NCBI GenBank assembly: GCA_964596425.1 | Contig: CAZQTC010000023.1 | Span: 648,190-712,189, forward strand | Direction: 5' to 3' | DNA: 64,000 nt | Source: an uncultured Spirochaetales bacterium | GTDB taxonomy: Bacteria > Spirochaetota > Spirochaetia > SZUA-6 | Part shown: piece after piece, positions 9,199 to 18,359 of the stretch | Layout of the letters: every line of letters starts with the position of its first letter | How positions within the stretch are numbered: position 1 is the first letter of the stretch | The notes under the pieces: model-generated | What the model was told of the DNA's origin: nothing | What the model saw: only the letters and a program-made list of their open reading frames with translations | The model's database searches: none | Program-made: the position numbers and the translations under genes

Positions 9199-10533
9199 TT
9201 AACCTTTCTTAATCCCCCTAGCCCTCATCCTACTAAAATAATCCGCAACACTAGCTAGCCATCCCCTATCACTCTTGCTTTCCTCAGCAGAAAATCCCTT
9301 AAAACTATCCTTTCTATCCTCTAGTCCGAGAAGGTACTCCATAACAGAAATATCTCCTACACTCCCATATATAGAATTAAGAACCCTTTCATACACAGGC
9401 TTCGCCTCTCTAACCATATCCTCTGGCACCTCAACTTTTCCCAGAATACTTCTTACAACATCCGAGAGTAAAATTTTATCGAGAGAACGTGAGGGTACCA
9501 ACCCCAGACTCCTATCACCTGTTGAAATCAAGAGCCCATTATTAATAAAGAGAAATTTGAAGTACAATACATCGTTAACTGACATAGAAATCTTCAAACT
9601 GATCTCTTCTACCGTCGGGGCGGTTTCTCCTCTATAAAACTTATTTGCAATATAGAGATACACTTCCAATCCTATCAAAAGTCTCTCGGAAGAACTCATA
9701 GCCCCGAAACTTCTTTTAAACCATATAGATTTACGGTGTTGATACAGATAAGTTATCTCCACAGCCAGAAGAACAATCACCCACGCGACATATAGCCACA
9801 ACAGTAGTATAGGAATAGCGGCAAGTGATCCATATATTACCGACATCCTAAAAAAATACTGTGTCCATAGAAAAAATATTTTTTTCGCTACCTCCCACAA
9901 AATAGTGCCAATGACAGCTCCTACCAAACTGCTGATAAAATCCACCTTACCCGAGGGTAAAACTTGAATGATTAAGAGAAACGAGAGAAACAAAACAATA
10001 AGAGGAACTATATTGAGAGTGAGATTAAATGTCCCCCCTATAAGTGATTTAACCATTCCCGTAAGATTTAACCCGATACTAAACAGAAAACTTCCAACCA
10101 CTAAAACAGAGATATATGCAACTACCCGTCTTAAAGAAAAGGCTTTAGCCTTGCTACCCCATATATCGTTAAAATTGCCCTGAATTGTATTAAGGAGGAA
10201 AACCGCAGTTACGAGAAATGTAAAGAGTCCAATTACTCCCAACGCTCTGGCATTTGTAACAAAGTGGGAGATATACTCCATAATAAGTTGTTGTCTCGCC
10301 GGTAAAAACTGTTTTACAAGTGTTTGCTGAATATCTTGAACGAGACTTTCAACTACCCCAAATGCTGATAACAGGTAAAAGAGAAGTGCAGAAAATGGAA
10401 CCAGTGCAAGAAGAGTGTTAAAAGATAGACCGGAGGCCCTGACAAAGCACCTATCGGCCTGAAATTTTTCCCAAAGTCGCTTTAAGAATATTACAACACC
10501 CGAAAAAAATTTCTTCACAGAACCGCGGTCCAA
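9199..10533 (-). CDS. YihY/BrkB-family inner-membrane protein with C-terminal extension
   Basis: Polytopic membrane core of about 290 aa with the YihY pattern, plus a roughly 150-aa soluble C-terminal region. Confidence 0.6.
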   Translation of the reverse strand: MDRGSVKKFFSGVVIFLKRLWEKFQADRCFVRASGLSFNTLLALVPFSALLFYLLSAFGVVESLVQDIQQTLVKQFLPARQQLIMEYISHFVTNARALGVIGLFTFLVTAVFLLNTIQGNFNDIWGSKAKAFSLRRVVAYISVLVVGSFLFSIGLNLTGMVKSLIGGTFNLTLNIVPLIVLFLSFLLIIQVLPSGKVDFISSLVGAVIGTILWEVAKKIFFLWTQYFFRMSVIYGSLAAIPILLLWLYVAWVIVLLAVEITYLYQHRKSIWFKRSFGAMSSSERLLIGLEVYLYIANKFYRGETAPTVEEISLKISMSVNDVLYFKFLFINNGLLISTGDRSLGLVPSRSLDKILLSDVVRSILGKVEVPEDMVREAKPVYERVLNSIYGSVGDISVMEYLLGLEDRKDSFKGFSAEESKSDRGWLASVADYFSRMRARGIKKG

Positions 10534-11462
10534 TTTTCCATTTCATTCTTAAACGGAGGATTTGCACCCGGCCGAGAACACGTTATTGAGGCTGCCTTAA
10601 TGGCATATTCCAAAGCTTTTTTGACACTATCACCCTTTAATTTTTCAATTGACTCAATTTCCAATATCCTCTCCTCGTGGAGATAAGAGAGAAAAGCCGC
10701 ATGAAATGTATCCCCCGCTCCAACAGTATCCGCTATAGGAATATCAATAGCATCCACTCTCACCAATCCATCACTACAAAGGGCAAAGGCCCCCTTTGCA
10801 GCCATAGTCACTATAACAATCGAGGCTCCCTTTTTAATCAATATATCGGCTGCCTCTTCCAACTGCATCGCGGGGTATAACCACTTAATATCCTCATCAC
10901 TGGCCTTTACAATATGAGAATGACTAACTAGAGATTCAAACATCTTTAAATAACTCTCTCTATTAGTAATTAAACCTGGCCTGATATTCGGATCAAAAGA
11001 AATAACCCGCTTACCATACTCTCTAAAGATCAACTTTCTTATAGTACTACTACCTGGCTCCAAAAGCAGAGAGATAGAACCAAATTCGAGGCATCTAACA
11101 TTATCTGAAAATTCTTTAGGAAGATCCTCCATTCTTAAGTCTCTATCGGCAGAAGCCTCACTATAAAAAGCATACCTGGCAGAACCATCTTCCCCTTTAT
11201 CAACAAAAGCAAGCGTTGTGTTTCTATCCACACGTTTCACAAATCCCGTCTCAACACTATTGGCCTCAAGATTATTAACCAATATATCACCAAAGAAATC
11301 AGAGGATATTTTCCCAAGAAAAGCTACCTCTACACCCAGCCGGGCAATAGCAATTGCCGTATTATATGGCGACCCTCCGGGAACAGGCAGGAACATTCGT
11401 TTTCCCTCCTCAGTTTTTCCCGGAAGCATATCAATAAGAGCCTCACCACAGCATAAAATCAT
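10515..11462 (-). CDS. PfkB-family carbohydrate kinase (fructokinase-like)
   Basis: N-terminal MILCCGEALIDM and the DTVGAGDTFHAAFL anion-hole motif; GAGGGA lies 6 nt upstream of the ATG. Confidence 0.75.
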   Translation of the reverse strand: MILCCGEALIDMLPGKTEEGKRMFLPVPGGSPYNTAIAIARLGVEVAFLGKISSDFFGDILVNNLEANSVETGFVKRVDRNTTLAFVDKGEDGSARYAFYSEASADRDLRMEDLPKEFSDNVRCLEFGSISLLLEPGSSTIRKLIFREYGKRVISFDPNIRPGLITNRESYLKMFESLVSHSHIVKASDEDIKWLYPAMQLEEAADILIKKGASIVIVTMAAKGAFALCSDGLVRVDAIDIPIADTVGAGDTFHAAFLSYLHEERILEIESIEKLKGDSVKKALEYAIKAASITCSRPGANPPFKNEMENWTAVL

Positions 11463-11549
11463 ACCATCCCTCGCAAACTTACTCTGTCACTCTTACCCGA
11501 TCCCTACTTTACATAAATACTCCACTCAGAAGAATACTATAAATTAAAC

Positions 11550-12830
11550 CTACACTTGCTTCAAGGCATTATCAATATCCTCTATTATATCATCCACATT
11601 CTCAATCCCTACTGACATCCTTATATAATCAGGTGTTACCCCGGAATCTAACTGCTCTTTCTCCGACAACTGTTGATGTGTCGTACTTGCGGGGTGGATA
11701 ACGAGAGTCTTTGCATCCAAAATATTTGCGAGATGGGAACATAATTTAACCGAGGAAATAAATTTTTTGCTAGCTTCAAATCCTCCTTTAACACCAAACC
11801 CAATTATTGCACCCTTACCCAGAGGAAGATATTTATTGGCAAGCTCGTAATATTTGCTCGATTTTAAACCGGGATAGTTGACCCAGCTAACCTTCGGATG
11901 CTTTTCTAAAAACTCAGCTACCCGCTGGGCATTATCACAGTGTCTCTGCATCCTTACATGTAAACTCTCCAACCCCTGAATAAATAAAAACGCATTGAAA
12001 GGTGACATTGCAGCCCCAAGGTCCCTCAACATTGTCACACGGAGTTTAACGATGTAAGCCGCATTCCCAAAACTTTCGACGTATCTTATCCCATGATAAC
12101 TCGGGTCCGGTTCTACAAGCTCGGGAAACTTACCGTTATTCCAATTAAAATTCCCGGAGTCAACCACAACCCCTCCTATAGAGGTACCATGCCCCCCAAT
12201 TATCTTGGTTGTAGAATGAATTACAATATCTGCCCCGTATTCGAATGGTTTTATAAGATAGGGAGAGGTAACCGTATTATCAATAACCAACGGAATCCCA
12301 TTTTTGTGAGCAATCTCAGCCACCCTTTCTATATCAAGAACATCCAGCTTGGGATTTCCTAAGGTTTCTCCATAAATCATCTTTGTTTTCGGAGTTATAG
12401 CCCGCTCAAAATTAGAGGGATCCTCAGGATCGACAAATCTAGTTTTTATCCCAAATCTTTCAAAGGTGTAGTGAAATAAGTTATAAGTTCCCCCGTATAA
12501 ACTCGTCGAGGCTACAATTTCTTCCCCCTCTCGCAGGATATTCAACGTGGCCAAAGTTATAGCAGCCATACCAGAAGAGGCAGCAACGGCTCCAACCCCC
12601 CCCTCGAGATCGGCAATTCGTTTTTCAAATACCTCGAGTGTTGGATTACCAATCCTCGTATAGATATACCCCTCTTCCTTAAGCGCAAAGAGATCTGCAG
12701 CATGTTCAGGACTCTTAAAAAGGTATGAGGTTGTTTGATATATAGGAACAGCCCTTGAGAGGGTGGTCTTATCACCCTCAAACCCAGAGTGTAAAAGCTT
12801 GCTTTCAAATTTAAGATTATCAGGAAGCAT
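11550..12830 (-). CDS. metY: O-acetylhomoserine aminocarboxypropyltransferase (sulfhydrylase), PLP-dependent
   Basis: [12 protein letters not shown], and [10 protein letters not shown] (PLP lysine) motifs; AAAGGGAGG lies upstream of the ATG. Confidence 0.8.
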   Translation of the reverse strand: MLPDNLKFESKLLHSGFEGDKTTLSRAVPIYQTTSYLFKSPEHAADLFALKEEGYIYTRIGNPTLEVFEKRIADLEGGVGAVAASSGMAAITLATLNILREGEEIVASTSLYGGTYNLFHYTFERFGIKTRFVDPEDPSNFERAITPKTKMIYGETLGNPKLDVLDIERVAEIAHKNGIPLVIDNTVTSPYLIKPFEYGADIVIHSTTKIIGGHGTSIGGVVVDSGNFNWNNGKFPELVEPDPSYHGIRYVESFGNAAYIVKLRVTMLRDLGAAMSPFNAFLFIQGLESLHVRMQRHCDNAQRVAEFLEKHPKVSWVNYPGLKSSKYYELANKYLPLGKGAIIGFGVKGGFEASKKFISSVKLCSHLANILDAKTLVIHPASTTHQQLSEKEQLDSGVTPDYIRMSVGIENVDDIIEDIDNALKQV

Positions 12831-13015
12831 AGGAATTTTCCTCCCTTTTCAATAATTTGATTACTTAATTGATAGCAATATTACATCTCTCACACTATTA
12901 TGAATAGCCCTAAAAGAGAAAATCTGACAAAATTTTTAAAGGATTAATATTGACAAAATCCATGTATGCTGTTAGTTTTCCACTTACCTAGGGATAGTTA
13001 TAGAGTGTTATGAAG

Positions 13016-13088
13016 GGGCGGTTAGCTCAGTTGGGAGAGCGTCTGGTTTACACCCAGAAGGTCATAGGTTCGAGCCCTGTACCGCCCA
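13016..13088 (+). tRNA. tRNA-Val (anticodon TAC)
   Basis: A manual cloverleaf fits. The acceptor stem is GGGCGGT/ACCGCCC and the D arm is GCTC..GAGC. The anticodon stem is TCTGG/CCAGA with loop TTTACAC. The T arm is ATAGG-TTCGAGC-CCTGT and the discriminator is A. No CCA is encoded. Confidence 0.85.
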
Positions 13089-13111
13089 TTATTAAGCATA
13101 TAAGTGTTAAA

Positions 13112-13150
13112 AAGCCTTTCTCAGTTTTGAATGAGAAAGGCTTTTTAATT
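13112..13150. terminator. Bidirectional rho-independent terminator
   Basis: AAGCCTTTCTCA-gttttgaa-TGAGAAAGGCTT, a 12-bp stem flanked by T-runs on both strands. It sits between tRNA-Val and the convergent minus-strand gene. Confidence 0.6.
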
Positions 13151-13184
13151 ACTATCTCACACACCTAAGCAGAAAGATTGCAAA

Positions 13185-13742
13185 CTAAAATTTCTTAATG
13201 TTTTTGGTAAGCAGTTTCTCTACACTACCACTAAACTGCTTCTCTCTCTGTATCAGATCGTAGCGTATCTTTCCACACAGCTCAGAGAGACTCATACTAA
13301 TCTTATCTGATTCCATAGGGCTAATTTGTGAATCATCCGAGATTTTCTTTATTGTATCAATAAATTTCGTGTACTGGGTTAAAACCTCATAGCTAGCCAC
13401 AATTGATATCTTATGTGTCAAGAACTCAAGATGAAGCAAATCCGTTTTTTCCAATCGCCCCTTAGAAATCAATGATTCTATAAAACTTATTAACTCAATG
13501 TACAAAGTGGATTTAAGATCGAATATCTTAACCCGCTGCTCTTTTTCTAACTCTACCTCACTCTGCTTATTAATTAAAGCAGCCGTTATCGTAATGGTTG
13601 CTATTGTACCGAGGATTATAAGTATAACCTCTTGCATATAAGGAAAAGATTTCGAACGATAGTACGCTACCTGAAGATAAAAGAATCCCAGGGTAAAAGT
13701 GATTATGGTTAATATAAAATATTTATTACTGTTTTTCATCAT
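13185..13742 (-). CDS. Hypothetical membrane protein (two N-terminal TM helices, helical C-terminus)
   Basis: ORF with hydrophobic segments at the N-terminus; its stop overlaps the upstream hpf-like gene start (ATGA). Confidence 0.4.
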   Translation of the reverse strand: MMKNSNKYFILTIITFTLGFFYLQVAYYRSKSFPYMQEVILIILGTIATITITAALINKQSEVELEKEQRVKIFDLKSTLYIELISFIESLISKGRLEKTDLLHLEFLTHKISIVASYEVLTQYTKFIDTIKKISDDSQISPMESDKISMSLSELCGKIRYDLIQREKQFSGSVEKLLTKNIKKF

Positions 13743-14089
13743 CTCTTTCGTTTATACAGATAATCCTTTCGTTCCAGCTCTTTTTGACGCTTCATAGTCT
13801 TTTTAAACTCAGAAAACAATTTTTCCGTAACACTCATAAGAACCGGACCCTCTTCAACAGTAAGAATCTTCTTACTATTCAAATTCAAAGAAGCACTAAT
13901 TTTGTAGGTTTTTCCCGATTTGTCCACTATAACTTCGAGTGTCAAATCCTTATCGTAATTCTTAAAAAGCTCCTCCACATAAAGTTGTTTCTCCTTCCAA
14001 AAAGCAACAAACCCCTCACGTACCTCTTCGTTTTCAATTTCTTTCAGGTTCTTCAATTCTAACTTAACCATTTTTTCCCTCTCTTTCAT
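13739..14089 (-). CDS. hpf: Ribosome hibernation promoting factor / RaiA-family protein (short form)
   Basis: At 116 aa the sequence follows the beta-alpha-beta-beta-beta-alpha pattern of E. coli HPF/YfiA. The matching segments are VKLELKN..EIENEEVREGFVAFWKEKQLYVEEL..LTLEVIVDK..YKISASLNLNSKKILTVEEG..VLMSVTEKLFSEFKKTMKRQKE. This is an inference from pattern only. Confidence 0.5.
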   Translation of the reverse strand: MKEREKMVKLELKNLKEIENEEVREGFVAFWKEKQLYVEELFKNYDKDLTLEVIVDKSGKTYKISASLNLNSKKILTVEEGPVLMSVTEKLFSEFKKTMKRQKELERKDYLYKRKR

Positions 14090-14094
14090 TTTTA

Positions 14095-14703
14095 TTATTC
14101 CTTAAATTTTTTCTTCCAGTATCTCTTGGCTATAAATATACCCGTCACAATTACAACAAAAACAAGTACTACACTTCCTATCTTCTCTACGGTACTGATC
14201 CTGCTATTTAAATTCTCACCAACAAAATATCCTACAATTATATAAAAAGGAATAAATATTACAGCAGCAAGGGAATCAAAAAGAAGAAATTTTTTTATAT
14301 CCATATGTAGAAAACCTGCTGCTATCATCATAGAAGCCCTTATCCCAACAATAAAACGCGAGAGAAAAATTATTCTCGGACCATTCTTCTCTATAAACTT
14401 TTCCCCTTTTTCTATACTCTCTCGCTTAACCAGACGAGAAAAGAAACGTGATCTCAAAAGGTAATTACCAGCGAACTTAGCAAGAAAAAAGAGGAACAAG
14501 TCTCCACAGAGAATCCCTAAAAATGCGATCAAAATCGAATATGGAAAAACAATAATCCCCTCATTTGTCAAATAACCTACAATTATTAGGGCCGCTTCCT
14601 CGGAGATCGGCAGGGCAAAGGAGAGAGAAAACAAAAAAATAAAAACTGCAAAATAAGAGTAGTAACCTATAAAGTAAGTTAACGAATCTACAACACCTGA
14701 CAT
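14095..14703 (-). CDS. DedA/TVP38-family membrane protein
   Basis: A 202-aa polytopic protein with a conserved DedA-like core (EEAALIIVGYL...GNYLLRS). Confidence 0.7.
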   Translation of the reverse strand: MSGVVDSLTYFIGYYSYFAVFIFLFSLSFALPISEEAALIIVGYLTNEGIIVFPYSILIAFLGILCGDLFLFFLAKFAGNYLLRSRFFSRLVKRESIEKGEKFIEKNGPRIIFLSRFIVGIRASMMIAAGFLHMDIKKFLLFDSLAAVIFIPFYIIVGYFVGENLNSRISTVEKIGSVVLVFVVIVTGIFIAKRYWKKKFKE

Positions 14704-14717
14704 CTAAATATCCGATT

Positions 14718-15647
14718 CTATACTGCCGTTCTCTCCACAATTGTCTGCATCTCTACACTTATATTTCGATTCTTGATACTCTGAACTAGAATCAAAACTA
14801 TAAACAAAAGATTCAATACGGTAGAGGCAAAGACAAAGTATTCAAATACTCTATTCTGAACGGCAAATATCAAAAAATAAAACACATTAGCAGAGGGACC
14901 AACAAGACTCCATACCTTCAACAGCAGCGTATTCTTCTTTATGTATAACTTTTTATAGAACTCCATATCCTCTTCACTGAGAGATTCTTCCCACTTACGC
15001 CTAAAAGAAAAATTACTGGTGAAAAATATTTGAAGTTTCACGTAGTAAAGATAACAATAAAACAATATTCTCTTCAGAGAACTCTCCTCTGCAGCAATTC
15101 TCTCCATAACAGATGCAACATCATCTTTTATCTCCTCTTTTCCCTCTAGAAGATTGATATATTTCGTCTTTACCTTGTCGTAACTGATTGCAGAAAGAAT
15201 TCGTCCTACAGAAGCTAGAATTATAACAAAGAAAATAAAATGATAGTTATCACTATACTGATAGGAATACCTAAGAAGTCCTATATAGGCACCCAAATAA
15301 ACCACAACAGTATTAATATAATCGACTGCCCCATCAAGAACCCTGCCAAATAACGAATACATAGATTTCAAACGAGCTAGTTGCCCATCGGCACAATCAA
15401 AAATATTAGCTACCTGAAAAGCAATTGCACCGTAAACAAAAAATGAGGGTTTCCCTACAGCCAATAATATACCCGCTAACACTCCCCATAATAATCCCAA
15501 AACCGTTACAGAATTAGGGGTTAGACCTGTCTTGTCCAAAAGCTTTGCAAGCAAAAATCCCAGAGGCCTGTAGATATAGAGATCTGCCAATTCCTCTGTA
15601 TTACTATTTCCCGCTTTTAAAGATTTGAGAAATTCTTCTTTTTTCAT
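14718..15647 (-). CDS. CDP-alcohol phosphatidyltransferase family protein with C-terminal extension
   Basis: The canonical D-x2-DG-x2-AR-x8-G-x3-D-x3-D motif is present as DCADGQLARLKSMYSLFGRVLDGAVD. Confidence 0.75.
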   Translation of the reverse strand: MKKEEFLKSLKAGNSNTEELADLYIYRPLGFLLAKLLDKTGLTPNSVTVLGLLWGVLAGILLAVGKPSFFVYGAIAFQVANIFDCADGQLARLKSMYSLFGRVLDGAVDYINTVVVYLGAYIGLLRYSYQYSDNYHFIFFVIILASVGRILSAISYDKVKTKYINLLEGKEEIKDDVASVMERIAAEESSLKRILFYCYLYYVKLQIFFTSNFSFRRKWEESLSEEDMEFYKKLYIKKNTLLLKVWSLVGPSANVFYFLIFAVQNRVFEYFVFASTVLNLLFIVLILVQSIKNRNISVEMQTIVERTAV

Positions 15648-16011
15648 TATCTAATCCTTACATAGGGTATCCAATTTACAAAGTACCATATTTTATAAAA
15701 TTTTTAATTTTACGAGCAAAGAAGTCCGTATCTAAAGATTTATCTATTTTTAGAATAAAGTCAATTTCACAAGAGTAATAATTCATCATTAACGAAAACA
15801 TTTGACAGAAATAAGATACCATTTTTTGCATTGTTTTACAAAAGAATTCTTCTCGGTAGAACATCCGAAGTATGAATTTCTTGATAAATAACCGATAGAT
15901 TACTACTTATCGACGTATCTAGACCCACAATAATTTACCACCTTTACAAATACTACCTATCGTATTATTCTTTTAGTGTAGACAGAATATCTTACTTTTT
16001 AGGAGGTCTAT

Positions 16012-17127
16012 ATGAAAAAGGTACTAACTACCGTTATTATCTTTTTCATAGCCTTTGGTCTATACTCCCAGGCCATTGATACCAATCTCTTAGACCTCTC
16101 TAAGGCAAAAGTATCGATTGCCGGTCCTCAAAGCGTCTACATTCGTTCGATCTACTACAACGGGAAACAACTCTCGGTACTTTTGAAGTATAACGGTACC
16201 AATGGCGCTACGGTCTATGGGCCATACTATGAAAAGGATAAGTTGTTACTTGACTCGTACAACTTAAACTACACTAAGCTAAGTATAGCTGGACCCAACG
16301 AAATTATGGTTTCGAACCTAATTTTGGGTAATCAAGCGTACTCAGGGGTACTTAAATGGACGGGTGATGCAACGCTCGTTGTAGATAGCTACTGGAAGAG
16401 CAAAATGCCAGAAACCAACGAGGTAAAAATTGCCAACCTCCAAAATACAATAACATCGCTCAAAGAGAAATATTCAAAACAAATTTCAACTCTTCAAGAG
16501 CAAATAGCCTCTCTTAAAAAAGCTAAGGCTGTTACAACTGTACAACCTGTTCAAAAGAAACCCCAGCGAGTTGTCCTTTCAAGTTTTAGTGGTGGCAAGG
16601 CACTCTTTGGTAATTGGAGTGTAGGTTACGGGTATGCAGAACAGAAGAATACCTCTCTAAAGTTTGCAAAATACTCCATACCACTCTACCAAAGTCAGGA
16701 TCTTACTTCCTATTCTTTCACCGCAAACGCACAAGGTTCACGCGGCTGGGTTGGTTACGGACTCCACTTCTTTGCCTCCGGTGAACAAACAGGAAAAGGT
16801 TACGGCTTTGGGAGATCATACCTTGTATGGCTAACCAGAGATTTTGCTCACTATCAGGCGAATGATACGTATCTTCAGCTATACGAATCGTTCAACGATG
16901 TAAAGATGATACAACTCGCAAGTGTAAAAATACCGCAAAGCATAACCTCTACATTAACAGTAGAAGCTTTGTACAACAAATCCACAGGACAAATAACAGT
17001 CTCTGTAAATGGAGAAAAGCAGTTGAGTTTCACAGTGGAATCCCCTATCTACAGCGGGAACAAAATAGTACTAAGAACTCTCGGTGGTCCTGTCAAATTT
17101 ACCAGCATCGAGGTAAAAACCCAGTAA
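16012..17127 (+). CDS. Secreted hypothetical protein (signal peptide, central coiled coil, beta-rich C-terminal domain)
   Basis: MKKVLTTVIIFFIAFGLYSQA signal peptide. TAGGAGG lies 6 nt upstream of the ATG. A heptad-like segment NLQNTITSLKEKYSKQISTLQEQIASLKK is present. Confidence 0.5.
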   Translation: MKKVLTTVIIFFIAFGLYSQAIDTNLLDLSKAKVSIAGPQSVYIRSIYYNGKQLSVLLKYNGTNGATVYGPYYEKDKLLLDSYNLNYTKLSIAGPNEIMVSNLILGNQAYSGVLKWTGDATLVVDSYWKSKMPETNEVKIANLQNTITSLKEKYSKQISTLQEQIASLKKAKAVTTVQPVQKKPQRVVLSSFSGGKALFGNWSVGYGYAEQKNTSLKFAKYSIPLYQSQDLTSYSFTANAQGSRGWVGYGLHFFASGEQTGKGYGFGRSYLVWLTRDFAHYQANDTYLQLYESFNDVKMIQLASVKIPQSITSTLTVEALYNKSTGQITVSVNGEKQLSFTVESPIYSGNKIVLRTLGGPVKFTSIEVKTQ

Positions 17128-17176
17128 AATTGATTTTTCACTTTCGTGAAGTTGGAAGCTGAAGCTCCGAAAGATA

Positions 17177-17207
17177 AGCCCCTCACTCGGTGAGGGGCTT
17201 TTTTAGA
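17177..17207 (+). terminator. Rho-independent terminator
   Basis: AAGCCCCTCAC-tcg-GTGAGGGGCTT followed by TTTTTT, immediately after the 16012-17127 stop. Confidence 0.65.
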
Positions 17208-17261
17208 TTCTAATTACAAAAAGCCATATCAGAATCTTTAGCCTGGTTTTTCGAAGATTTT

Positions 17262-17291
17262 TAAAAAAACAGCCACCTCCCTTGAGGTGGC
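17262..17291 (-). terminator. Rho-independent terminator for tRNA-Val(GAC)
   Basis: On the minus strand, GCCACCTC-aagg-GAGGTGGC is followed by TGTTTTTTT, about 20 nt past the tRNA 3' end. Confidence 0.55.
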
Positions 17292-17310
17292 CATACCGTA
17301 AGGATTTATA

Positions 17311-17384
17311 TGGGCGACACTGGACTCGAACCAGTGACCCCTAGCGTGTCGAGCTAGTGCTCTAACCATCTGAGCTAGCCGCCC
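17311..17384 (-). tRNA. tRNA-Val (anticodon GAC)
   Basis: The reverse complement GGGCGGCTAGCTCAGATGGTTAGAGCACTAGCTCGACACGCTAGGGGTCACTGGTTCGAGTCCAGTGTCGCCCA folds as a cloverleaf. The D-loop GGTTAGAGC and T-arm GGTTCGAGTCC are very close to the E. coli tRNA-Val(GAC) pattern. The anticodon loop is TCGACAC, which has C at position 33 where U is usual. Confidence 0.8.
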
Positions 17385-17401
17385 TATCAGAATACATATA
17401 G

Positions 17402-17431
17402 ATAATAACTGTAGAAAAAACTTTTTGTCAA
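17402..17431 (-). promoter_or_regulatory. Candidate sigma70 promoter for tRNA-Val(GAC)
   Basis: On the minus strand: TTGACA (17431-17426), an 18-nt spacer, TATTAT (17407-17402), about 17 nt before the mature tRNA 5' end. Confidence 0.3.
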
Positions 17432-17455
17432 GAAAGAACAATCCTAAAAAAATAG

Positions 17456-17830
17456 CTACAATCTTACCCGTACAATTTGATGGAGAACAAACTCCGGCAA
17501 TTCAATCTCCACTCCATTCTCCACTTCCTCAACAGCCAATTCCTTGTCATCGGGATAGACAAGTGAAACTTCCCTAACCTTTCCGAGCATTTCCGACAGA
17601 AAAAGTCTGCCACCCAAAACAGGTACTGCGTCACCACCCGTAAACTCGGCCATTTTAGAGACCGCATGGATTATAATTTCCTTACCTCCGGCTCGTAGAT
17701 AACTACTGATTCCCAAAATATCAGGATACTCAGTTTTCAACCGAATTGAGGGCAAAGGAAGATAATTTTCCATTAATCCCCTAAAAAAAGCTTTCACCCA
17801 ATTAAAACCTCCCCTAGTTATACTGAACAA
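17456..17830 (-). CDS. Hypothetical protein (124 aa)
   Basis: ORF with no recognisable motif; Gly-rich segments EFTGGDAVPVLGG. Confidence 0.35.
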   Translation of the reverse strand: MFSITRGGFNWVKAFFRGLMENYLPLPSIRLKTEYPDILGISSYLRAGGKEIIIHAVSKMAEFTGGDAVPVLGGRLFLSEMLGKVREVSLVYPDDKELAVEEVENGVEIELPEFVLHQIVRVRL

Positions 17831-17842
17831 ATCAAACCCTTA

Positions 17843-18004
17843 TCAATAAGTGGAAACATCACTCTGCACTATGCCTATATCAGCACTGATTTTTCTCTCT
17901 CCTAGATGCTCCTCAAATTTTTCGATCTCCCTACAGCTCGCCTCAATCCTCCTAGCCTCTTTATACTCAAGTGTTCCATCTGAATGCTGAGAACCACTGT
18001 ACAT
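17843..18004 (-). CDS. Candidate small protein (53 aa) with strong Shine-Dalgarno
   Basis: On the minus strand GGGAGG lies 8 nt upstream of the ATG at 18004, and the ORF encodes MYSGSQHSDGTLEYKEARRIEASCREIEKFEEHLGERKISADIGIVQSDVSTY. It falls below the 60-aa cutoff of the ORF track. Confidence 0.2.
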   Translation of the reverse strand: MYSGSQHSDGTLEYKEARRIEASCREIEKFEEHLGERKISADIGIVQSDVSTY

Positions 18005-18302
18005 AAAGACTCGCCTCCCTGAGCCGCTATCTCAGATAGCTGCAAGTATATACACTCTCTTCTTCTTATAATTTCTTATAATGATATACCTCAAATACAT
18101 CTCCCGGACTAAATTGGGGATACTCTCCCACTGCTGTATCTCTAGCATAGGTCACAGATAGCCAATTACCCGCCCAGGACTCCGTAAATTGATAATTCAA
18201 TAAATCCCTCATTCCCTTACTATAACTTCCAATAGTTTTCAAAACGAAAACAAAAGAAAAGAAAAAAAACAAAAATATCCTAATTGAAATAGTTGTACAA
18301 TC

Positions 18303-18311
18303 CCTGTATAA
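18303..18311 (+). promoter_or_regulatory. Extended -10 promoter (TGtTATAAT) for M42 peptidase gene
   Basis: cTGtATAAT at 18303-18311, about 48 nt upstream of the ATG; TTAGGAGT RBS is 8 nt before the ATG at 18360. Confidence 0.35.
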
Positions 18312-18359
18312 TCCAATCATTGCAATATTTCAATATACTAACAATTAGGAGTAAATATA

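Noticed and set aside
12831-13015. Looked for a SAM riboswitch (S-box) or T-box in the metY leader
   Set aside because: The roughly 185-nt leader contains none of the S-box conserved segments. It carries only an AAAGGGAGG RBS and AT-rich promoter-like sequence.
13016-17384. tRNA-flanked genomic island or integrated element
   Set aside because: I see no integrase, recombinase, att-like duplication of a tRNA 3' end, or compositional shift. The content is mostly housekeeping-like.
17238-17441. 67-aa minus-strand ORF
   Set aside because: It overlaps the tRNA-Val(GAC) gene and its terminator, so its reading frame is a by-product of tRNA sequence.
18066-18320. 84-aa minus-strand ORF with a poly-Phe N-terminal region
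   Set aside because: Its coding sequence is an A-rich low-complexity tract and it has no RBS. It overlaps the probable extended -10 promoter and RBS region of the M42 peptidase gene. It is probably not a gene.
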